Origin: a virus
Lineage: Duplodnaviria > Caudoviricetes
Virus record (IMG/VR): IMGVR_UViG_3300011871_000002
Coordinates: 1-64,000 of that record
Length of the DNA: 64,000 bases
Direction: 5' to 3' (one strand)
The translations under genes and the position numbers were made by a program. This document shows positions 1-7,084 of this stretch, in pieces (position 1 is the stretch's first letter; each line of letters opens with the position of its first letter). The notes below the pieces were generated by a model. The model was not told the DNA's origin. It saw nothing but the letters and a program-made list of their open reading frames with translations, and did no database searches.

Positions 1-219
1 CATCCGCATGAGCCGGCTGACAAGGTGGAAGAGCGCCGGCACCGGCACTGGCTGGTCAAGCTCTTTAGTGTGGTGGTGTCGTCGCTGATGGTACTACTCA
101 TCGTTACGCTGGTCTCTGTCATCATCAAGGGCAATAGCAATGGCGGGGCTGGCGTACTCACTTCCACCATGTCTATTATCGTGGAGATCGTCAAACTGAT
201 CTTCAACGTCACCAAGTAA
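1..219 (+). CDS. membrane protein, 5'-partial
   Basis: Frame is open from base 1; two hydrophobic helices near the C-terminus. Confidence 0.65.
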   Translation, partial: HPHEPADKVEERRHRHWLVKLFSVVVSSLMVLLIVTLVSVIIKGNSNGGAGVLTSTMSIIVEIVKLIFNVTK

Positions 220-234
220 TTCCAAGGATTTTCC

Positions 235-870
235 ATGAAAAAATCACTCAGCTCGAAGCTGCGCATCGCACTGGAGGATGTCGCTGACGGCCAAGCCCAC
301 ATCGAGAAGGAACATATTCTCTATGCTCGCCTGACCGACCCGGCGTTTCTCAAGAACGCAGCGCGCATGGAACACCACGAACAGTGGGAACTGAAGATGC
401 CCAAGTCGGAGAAGAATGCTGGCAGTGGCCGCATCCGGGTGCGCAAAACGGTCAAGGAAGGGATGGACCCTGAATACACCCAGACCTCCAAGACCAAGGA
501 CCCCAAGACCGGCGGCCAGATCGAGATCACCATCCCGGTCACGGAAGCGGTCTTCAACCAGTTCCGCATCATGTCGGAAAACGGCATGCGCAAGGATCGC
601 TACTTCTACCCGATCGACGATGGCAGCGACCGGGTCTACGAAGTGGACATGTTCCTCAAGCACGGCACCCAAGCGGGCGCGAACCAGTACTACGAGTGGT
701 GCAAGATCGACCTCGAAGTGGACGACATGAATGCAGCGATGCCGCCGCTGCCGGACGGTTTCGCGGACATCATCTCGGCCCCGTTCGGTAAGCGCACCGA
801 ACAAGAAGAAGCGCGCGTGAGTTCGCTGTACCATAACGAATTCACCGCTCCCAACCCACACCTGCAATAG
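235..870 (+). CDS. CYTH-domain (triphosphate tunnel metalloenzyme) protein
   Basis: IEKE (ExExK-like), RIRVRK, KDRY and YEVD motifs in CYTH order; AAGGA RBS. Confidence 0.7.
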   Translation: MKKSLSSKLRIALEDVADGQAHIEKEHILYARLTDPAFLKNAARMEHHEQWELKMPKSEKNAGSGRIRVRKTVKEGMDPEYTQTSKTKDPKTGGQIEITIPVTEAVFNQFRIMSENGMRKDRYFYPIDDGSDRVYEVDMFLKHGTQAGANQYYEWCKIDLEVDDMNAAMPPLPDGFADIISAPFGKRTEQEEARVSSLYHNEFTAPNPHLQ

Positions 871-873
871 GCG

Positions 874-912
874 GGACATACAGGCCACCCTTCGGGGTGG
901 CCTTTTATTCCG
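874..912 (+). terminator. intrinsic terminator
   Basis: AGGCCACCC-TTCG-GGGTGGCCT followed by TTTATTCCG. Confidence 0.85.
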
Positions 913-918
913 TGTTCT

Positions 919-940
919 AAAAAACTATGGTCACATATTC
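919..940 (+). promoter_or_regulatory. putative early (virion RNAP) promoter
   Basis: A-tract then CACATAT; the same motif occurs at 29028 and 53429, each heading a + strand gene cluster. Confidence 0.55.
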
Positions 941-999
941 TTTCGGTGAGTACAGTCCTGTATTCAATTGTCTAACTGCAACTATGGAGAATTAGCATC

Positions 1000-1596
1000 A
1001 TGGAAAAACTGAACATTGTCATCCAGCGTCAACGCGATCTGGCTCTCAAATATCTGGTCGGCTCGTACGAGGACCTGATGGAAGAGATGAACAAGCACTC
1101 GGTCCACACCCCGCATCCTAGGGCACCGAAAACGGCACAGAAGTATCACGACAAGTGCCGTAGCTTGTTCGACCGGATCATCGCCCGGTTCGGTCAGAAT
1201 TCGGAAGCGTCCAGCAAAGCCCACGGCTGTTATGCAGCCAAGGACCTGGTGGGTCTGGAGATGCTGGTCATCGAGTACATTCCGGTAACACGTGACTGGA
1301 TGAACGCCCACAAGGCGCTCGTCGAGAAACGTTCCGCACTGGAAGGTACGTGGAACATGACCGAGGACCAGGAGGCGGAGCTGGAAGAAGTTCGTGAACT
1401 CGTGCGCCGCAACGAGAACGAACACCCGATCAACGCGATCATTACCTTGATCACACTCATGCTGGGACGCGAGAACCATCTGCGTCGCACGATCAAGAGC
1501 ATGAACTGGAATGAGAAGATCAATCCAGTGGCTTCGATCATGGCCAACGAGCTGCGCGCGCTCGTGGGTCTGGAACAGAAGCCGATCGAGGCGTAA
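1000..1596 (+). CDS. hypothetical early protein, paralog of 2080-2664
   Basis: GGAGA RBS; shares N-terminal and DLVxLE motifs with 2080-2664. Confidence 0.85.
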   Translation: MEKLNIVIQRQRDLALKYLVGSYEDLMEEMNKHSVHTPHPRAPKTAQKYHDKCRSLFDRIIARFGQNSEASSKAHGCYAAKDLVGLEMLVIEYIPVTRDWMNAHKALVEKRSALEGTWNMTEDQEAELEEVRELVRRNENEHPINAIITLITLMLGRENHLRRTIKSMNWNEKINPVASIMANELRALVGLEQKPIEA

Positions 1597-1659
1597 CAGC
1601 AGTACCCAAGGGGAGGGGGTGTCCTCCCCACTTTGTAACTATGCGAAGGAGAATGAGAA

Positions 1660-2037
1660 ATGAATGCATTTGGTATCTCGATCAAGGTGGAGTCGTTCCA
1701 CGCTAACCAGCAACCAAGTATCAAGTATCACACGCTGTCCAATGGCAAACAGCTCGCCTACATCGCTGAGTATTCGCCGGTGTTTGATCTCGACAATATC
1801 TGCGAGGTCTTGAATCTGGAATTGTTCCCTGGCCTGGGTAAGAGCGGTTGGGAAGAATTCTTTAGCTACGGAATGTCGGTATCGGAATCGCGCGATGTTA
1901 AGATGCAACTGGCTGAGCGCGGTGTGGATATCGAACTGGTACAAGAAGTGCGCGACTTTATTTTCTCGCACCCGACGTATCAGTACCAGCGTCGTCGGTG
2001 GTCGGAAACCGTACTGGTCAATACCTACGGTCGTTAA
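1660..2037 (+). CDS. hypothetical protein
   Basis: AAGGAG RBS; co-oriented in cluster. Confidence 0.8.
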   Translation: MNAFGISIKVESFHANQQPSIKYHTLSNGKQLAYIAEYSPVFDLDNICEVLNLELFPGLGKSGWEEFFSYGMSVSESRDVKMQLAERGVDIELVQEVRDFIFSHPTYQYQRRRWSETVLVNTYGR

Positions 2038-2079
2038 TCGCCGTACCCTAGTAACTAGCAACTATGGAGAAGTAGCATC

Positions 2080-2664
2080 ATGATCAATAATCAAGAAATG
2101 AACCTGGTCCAGTTCCGTCAACACCAAATCGCGGACCGTTTCAACATGGCATCGTACAGTGATGTCGTGCGCGTGGCCGCGGCAGCTACCGCTCGCCCCG
2201 GTTGGCCGGAAGATCGTAAGCTGTGTGAATATCTGACCGATGTCTCTGAATTGTCCAATGCATTGCGCGCGCTCTGCCACAAGACTGAAGAGTGGAAAGA
2301 GATCACCCGCATGCACGACGAGGGTGATTTGGTGAGTCTCGAAATCTTGGCCATTCAGAAACAGAAGGTACGTGGCGAAGACCTCACTGCATACCTGCAC
2401 GATGCTGAGGAAGTGCGCGAGATGAACTGCACCTCGACCTACGCCAGCGACTACCTCTACAAGGAATGGCGGGATAAAATGGCAGTGTTGCAAGAAAAGC
2501 GCACTGCATTCCCTGTCTTCCGTTACATGGAAGACGCTGAGTGGGAAGTGCGTTTTGAAGTAGAAAAGTGGGTGGGTGGGCCGGGCGAAACACGCCCAAC
2601 CGGTGCGCGGCGCCGCATGAATGAGTTGCTCTTGCTCATGGGTCAAGAGCCGCGGGTAATCTAA
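2080..2664 (+). CDS. hypothetical early protein, paralog of 1000-1596
   Basis: Upstream leader nearly identical to that of 1000-1596. Confidence 0.85.
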   Translation: MINNQEMNLVQFRQHQIADRFNMASYSDVVRVAAAATARPGWPEDRKLCEYLTDVSELSNALRALCHKTEEWKEITRMHDEGDLVSLEILAIQKQKVRGEDLTAYLHDAEEVREMNCTSTYASDYLYKEWRDKMAVLQEKRTAFPVFRYMEDAEWEVRFEVEKWVGGPGETRPTGARRRMNELLLLMGQEPRVI

Positions 2665-2698
2665 AAAAGAGGGAGGCTTCGGCCTCCTTTTTATGCTG
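2663..2698 (+). terminator. intrinsic terminator
   Basis: GGAGGC-TTCG-GCCTCC-TTTTTATGCTG. Confidence 0.85.
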
Positions 2699-2724
2699 TC
2701 TTACTTTTAAGGAACTTTGCAACT

Positions 2725-3441
2725 ATGAACGCAACTAACAACAACGCTTACACCAACATGGTGCTCCTCATGACTGCCATGCCGGGCGTGAAGCTGGCAG
2801 AACGCCAGAACCTCGTCGAGCACATCATGGCGGGCGAAAACTTTCACGAAGAGACCTTCCGCCTCAACATCGATCTGAGCGATGCAGCACTCAACGATGC
2901 TAAAGGACGGGTAGAACCCGGTACCCGCGACTGGTGGATCAAAGAATTTCGCATGGGTCAAAGTGTTGGTAACACCCTCGACTTAGTGGTCCATTTCGAG
3001 GACGACACCTGCACCCAACGTGTGATCGGTGTCGACGGGGAGCTGCGCCGGATTCTGACGGTAGACGGCAAAATCTACCAACTCGGTCGGCGCATGGTGT
3101 CGCCAATCGAAGTCGCAGTGGTGGTGGAAGAACCGCGCTGGACGCTCAGCGCTGAAGTCTTCCTGAGTGACGAAGTGAAGGCTAAGCGCTACGTCGCGCA
3201 GCGGGAAACCGAAGCGATGCAATTCTTCCGCTCCCTCAAGTGGGAGAATTGCCCGAAGTTCGCTTTCTCGGTGCAGACCGACATCTACGGTGTGCGCATC
3301 GTACACGAGATGCAAGAGCGCCGACTGCACGCTACGCCGATCTGGGGTGAGATGTTCTTCCCCAAGCAACCAGAACGTGAACCGATCATGTTCTACAGCT
3401 TCGATCAGTTCGTCGCCTACATGCTGGCCAAGTACTGGTAA
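2725..3441 (+). CDS. hypothetical protein, paralog of 3530-3982
   Basis: AAGGA RBS; shares an ~40 aa motif with the next gene. Confidence 0.85.
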   Translation: MNATNNNAYTNMVLLMTAMPGVKLAERQNLVEHIMAGENFHEETFRLNIDLSDAALNDAKGRVEPGTRDWWIKEFRMGQSVGNTLDLVVHFEDDTCTQRVIGVDGELRRILTVDGKIYQLGRRMVSPIEVAVVVEEPRWTLSAEVFLSDEVKAKRYVAQRETEAMQFFRSLKWENCPKFAFSVQTDIYGVRIVHEMQERRLHATPIWGEMFFPKQPEREPIMFYSFDQFVAYMLAKYW

Positions 3442-3448
3442 CACCATC

Positions 3449-3490
3449 TGACATACACAGAAGAAGGGGGTTCGCTCCCTTCTTTTTTTC
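3449..3490 (+). terminator. intrinsic terminator
   Basis: GAAGGGGG-TTCG-CTCCCTTC plus T-tract. Confidence 0.75.
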
Positions 3491-3529
3491 GTTCTCTCAA
3501 CACCCATCTAGAATCCAAGGAAAACAATC

Positions 3530-3982
3530 ATGAACAAGCAAGACACCGCACAAGACGCAACCCGTCACCAGCTGATCGACCTGATCAAACTGTACATGCA
3601 CCAAGACGACCGGCAAGCGGCGATCTGGGTCAACCTGCTGCAATCGATGGCTGGTTTTAGCACCCACTACTACCGTACCCATCTGATGCTCGGCGAGCGC
3701 AGCATGTACCGCACCATCGCCCGTGAAAACGGCCATACGCAGCGCCCGCTGCCGATGGACTGGTACCTGACCACGGGTCGCGATACCGACCGCCTGGAAG
3801 ACGTGCTCGACCAGTGCGTGCACCTCGCCGACGGTAGCGTAACCCAAACAGTGGTCGGTATCGACACCGCGTTCAAGCGGATTCTTACTGAAGATGGCCA
3901 AGTGTATGAGCTGCACAACCGCCTACGGATGGACAAGCCGGTCGCACGTAAAATGGCTGCACTCTTGATGGCCGCGTCCTAA
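3530..3982 (+). CDS. hypothetical protein, paralog of 2725-3441
   Basis: AAGGA RBS; LDxxVHxxDxxxTQxVxGxDxxxxRILTxDGxxYxL motif. Confidence 0.85.
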   Translation: MNKQDTAQDATRHQLIDLIKLYMHQDDRQAAIWVNLLQSMAGFSTHYYRTHLMLGERSMYRTIARENGHTQRPLPMDWYLTTGRDTDRLEDVLDQCVHLADGSVTQTVVGIDTAFKRILTEDGQVYELHNRLRMDKPVARKMAALLMAAS

Positions 3983-4006
3983 TACCAACCACGGAGGATC
4001 GCAGCT

Positions 4007-4399
4007 ATGAAACGAACCAGAATGGTGGAGCCCGGTGACGTAGTGAGTTGCGTCATCGGCCAGCGCTTCGATACGGCGTGGTGCCCGATGGCCAAGGTAT
4101 TGCTGTTGGCAGCAGAAGAGAATTACTACGCCACTCGCTTCTTCGGGGTCGCCAAACACCCCAAAGGCCATATCGAGATTCTCTTTCATGTCGCGCTGCG
4201 CCCTGAAGGTGTGATCTCAGACGACCATGGCTGGGGCGAGTACTATAGCGCGTTTTCGTTGAACTACACCAACGGCGAAGTATCGCGTACCGACATGGCA
4301 CGTTATCTGCCGCTGATTGAAACGGCACTGACGTACCATGCAGCAAAACTGAAAGAACTGCCTGCTTACACGGAAATTGCAGGCTTGGGTAAAATCTAA
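4007..4399 (+). CDS. hypothetical protein
   Basis: GGAGG RBS. Confidence 0.8.
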   Translation: MKRTRMVEPGDVVSCVIGQRFDTAWCPMAKVLLLAAEENYYATRFFGVAKHPKGHIEILFHVALRPEGVISDDHGWGEYYSAFSLNYTNGEVSRTDMARYLPLIETALTYHAAKLKELPAYTEIAGLGKI

Positions 4400-4416
4400 A
4401 TTCTAAGAGGAAAAGT

Positions 4417-5073
4417 ATGAATTACGCTACGATCGAACAACTGTTGACGCTGGCATGGGAGCACCTCGGCGTCTCGGTGCAGCTCTCTTACAACAACCAC
4501 AAGAGCGGCTATACCACGTTCGCAAAAGTGGTACACGAATACAGCGACGCCAGCTGGGTGAATCCGGAAGAACGTGCAAAAGCAGTCGAGAACAACACGT
4601 GCTGGACGGCGTTTCTGTCAATGTACAATAAAAAAGGAACCTCCAACGAAGTCCTGCGCGCAGCATCGTTGCCGGTACTCCTGCAAGCCATTGCAGCAAA
4701 AGACCAAATCGCCAAGCACATCAACTGGTTACCGGAACAACTGGTCGCCGAGGTTACCGACTTGCAAAAGCAAGTCGACGGGTTGCTGAGAGGGGAATAT
4801 ACTTCTGCACACATTACCTTCAATGACCACAAAACCTCCGGCATCGAAAAGTTTCTCGGTGGTGGCGCATGGAAAAAATACATACCGGCCATGGATGAGT
4901 ATCTCGAAATGAATGAGATCGAGGATAGTTTCGTGAGCGACGAGGAGAGAGCCAAATCGCTCACCACTGATACGCTCTGGTGTTTCCAGTGGTATCCCGA
5001 TACTCCCATCGGCTTCTATAGCCTCTATGGTTCCACCCTGACGGCCTGCGTGAACGCAGGCATCGACGACTAA
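4417..5073 (+). CDS. hypothetical protein with internal domain duplication
   Basis: GAGG RBS; two NxHK...VxxEERAK...TxW units. Confidence 0.85.
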   Translation: MNYATIEQLLTLAWEHLGVSVQLSYNNHKSGYTTFAKVVHEYSDASWVNPEERAKAVENNTCWTAFLSMYNKKGTSNEVLRAASLPVLLQAIAAKDQIAKHINWLPEQLVAEVTDLQKQVDGLLRGEYTSAHITFNDHKTSGIEKFLGGGAWKKYIPAMDEYLEMNEIEDSFVSDEERAKSLTTDTLWCFQWYPDTPIGFYSLYGSTLTACVNAGIDD

Positions 5074-5091
5074 TCAAGGAAACAAGTCACT

Positions 5092-5484
5092 ATGAATACT
5101 CCGAACAACATCGTTCGCCTGTACGAGCAAGACACGCTGCGCGATATTCTAACCATGATGGCGGCGCAGCGCAAGATGGCTTTCGAATACAGCATGTTCA
5201 CGCTGCGCCTCGATGACCTCGAAAAAGCAGTCGCCATCATCAAGGAAGCGGCCAACATCGACCTGACCCCGAAGATGATCGAGCGCCTGCTGGAGTTGTA
5301 CCCGATCCACAAAGCGTACATCATCGACGACATCGAATCCACCGATGCGCGTGGTGTGCTGCTCGAAGCTGTGGCCCAGTATTTCTTGGGTTGCGACTGG
5401 CCAGTGAGCGGTGACAGGGTCGACTTCGATAAGTTCATCGCGGCACTGCATGTGGCGGTGCCGGTGATGCGTCCACTGCTGTAA
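5092..5484 (+). CDS. hypothetical protein
   Basis: AAGGA RBS; phage-like codon usage. Confidence 0.8.
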   Translation: MNTPNNIVRLYEQDTLRDILTMMAAQRKMAFEYSMFTLRLDDLEKAVAIIKEAANIDLTPKMIERLLELYPIHKAYIIDDIESTDARGVLLEAVAQYFLGCDWPVSGDRVDFDKFIAALHVAVPVMRPLL

Positions 5485-5505
5485 CTAAAAAAGAAGGAGA
5501 AGGAA

Positions 5506-5703
5506 ATGAGCCACCTGCAAAAAGCATTTATCGCTAAAAACAAAGGTAAGATGAACCGTCCGGCGCGCGGCCTGTCGCGCGCACTGCGTGAACGTGAAGC
5601 CAGTCATGTGATCGAGAAACGTTCGCTGGGTGGTTTGAATTTCCCGACCCTCAGCAACATCATCTACCCGCCGCATTATTTGGCAGTTTCACTGAAAAAG
5701 TAG
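5506..5703 (+). CDS. small basic protein
   Basis: AAGGAG RBS; K/R-rich, 65 aa. Confidence 0.65.
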   Translation: MSHLQKAFIAKNKGKMNRPARGLSRALREREASHVIEKRSLGGLNFPTLSNIIYPPHYLAVSLKK

Positions 5704-5715
5704 AAAGCACCTATC

Positions 5716-5853
5716 ATGAAAATCAAGTTCTCTACCTTCATCAAAATGGCCCGTTTGCTGGGTATGGAACAAAACCTTCGTTTTGTTGTTCCACCCCAGC
5801 TCAAAGACCACATCATCAAAACCCAATCGAAACGTCGTCTGACGTTCTGGTAG
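5716..5853 (+). CDS. small basic protein, 45 aa (absent from the ORF track)
   Basis: ATG 5716 to TAG 5853, MKIKFSTFIKMARLLG...RRLTFW; fills the gap before a terminator. Confidence 0.55.
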   Translation: MKIKFSTFIKMARLLGMEQNLRFVVPPQLKDHIIKTQSKRRLTFW

Positions 5854-5902
5854 CGGCATAAAAGGCCTAGAGGACTCTCGTCCCCTAGGCTCTTTTTTTT
5901 TT
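5854..5902. terminator. bidirectional terminator
   Basis: CGGCATAAAA, then a GCCTAG/CTAGGC hairpin, then a T-tract, between convergent genes. Confidence 0.8.
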
Positions 5903-5911
5903 GCCCTTTAC

Positions 5912-6607
5912 TTAAGGTTTTGGGCTCATGTACGGTTGGTATTTCTCCATCCGCTTAAAGACCCGGCCCGGATAGCGACTGTTGATTTCACAGAACGATT
6001 CCCCGTAGCCGTGCACCTTGGTATTGGACGCAGCGCACTGCTTTTCCAGATTGGCATCCCACAAACGTGGGTTGCAGTCTGCTTTGGCTCGGCACATCCG
6101 GATGCGTTTGGTAAAACCACCTTCGCCACCGTTGTACGACGAACCCATGCACTTCTTCACGTCTTCTGGCGTGTCCATGTAGACTTCGCAGAAGCGCTCA
6201 TGTTGCTTGCCCTTCAGAACCACCGCCCGCAGTTGGTAGCGTGCATTGGCGCAGTCCGCCCAGTTCCACCCCGAGAGTGACTTGTGCAGGCGCTTGGTCT
6301 CTGTCAGTGCGTCAAATCGCACCGACCCGTTGGCATTATACGCCACCGTGAACTGGCCAAAGCCACACCCCCACTCACGCGATGTCTTGAGTGTGGCGTT
6401 AAGCTTCCAGAGGCTTTCCTGCTCTACGAGGCCCGGATAGAATTGCGCGATCTGGACCTTGGGGTGGTAGGTGTTGAGTTCCTCGATCAGGATCGGCAGA
6501 TACTGCGGCGCCTGATTGGGTAGCTTGGGTGCAGCAGCGGCGAGCGAGGCCAAAGCCTGGCACACGCACAGCAACACCCATAGCCAGAAAGCACGACCGA
6601 GCTTCAT
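5912..6607 (-). CDS. endolysin, SLT-like lytic transglycosylase with N-terminal signal peptide
   Basis: VEQES (catalytic Glu), GFGQF and YNGG motifs; hydrophobic leader ending in AxA; ATGA overlap with the upstream gene. Confidence 0.8.
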   Translation of the reverse strand: MKLGRAFWLWVLLCVCQALASLAAAAPKLPNQAPQYLPILIEELNTYHPKVQIAQFYPGLVEQESLWKLNATLKTSREWGCGFGQFTVAYNANGSVRFDALTETKRLHKSLSGWNWADCANARYQLRAVVLKGKQHERFCEVYMDTPEDVKKCMGSSYNGGEGGFTKRIRMCRAKADCNPRLWDANLEKQCAASNTKVHGYGESFCEINSRYPGRVFKRMEKYQPYMSPKP

Positions 6608-6990
6608 GGCCAGAAACCGCACAGGGTCATGAGGATGACAATACGGAAGGCCCACATGAACACACGGGTGCGGTACACCGATGCTGCTGCGACGGGATCG
6701 TGCATCGTGGCGTCAGCGATGGCCTGCGAATCGAGCTTGGGTTCGACCGCCAAACGAATCCAGAAGATCGATTTCTCGAACCAGGTGAGGATGGCGACCG
6801 CACGCAGGATCACGAGCAGTTCGGGGAAGCGATCCGGCCAGTCACTACCGTAGGAACGGGCCAATTCGATCAGGAAGTTGAGGAACAGGTACGCAACGAC
6901 GAAGAGCGCACCCAGGATAACGGAACGCAGCAGGGCGCGTTGCATCATGGTGATGGTGTTTTTTCCGAAGGCTTTCAGGAACAATTCCAT
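6604..6990 (-). CDS. putative holin / lysis membrane protein
   Basis: 128 aa with about 3 hydrophobic segments; translationally coupled to the endolysin. Confidence 0.6.
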   Translation of the reverse strand: MELFLKAFGKNTITMMQRALLRSVILGALFVVAYLFLNFLIELARSYGSDWPDRFPELLVILRAVAILTWFEKSIFWIRLAVEPKLDSQAIADATMHDPVAAASVYRTRVFMWAFRIVILMTLCGFWP

Positions 6991-7008
6991 GTTTTTTCCT
7001 AGTTGAGT

Positions 7009-7043
7009 TAAAAAGAGAAGAGGGGAGGAGTAGCTCCTCCCCC
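7009..7043 (-). terminator. terminator of fibre operon
   Basis: GGGGAGGAG/CTCCTCCCC hairpin with a pyrimidine/T-tract on the minus strand. Confidence 0.7.
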
Positions 7044-7084
7044 ATACCTACCGCACATTCATTGCCAATTGGCAATCTTGCGCA

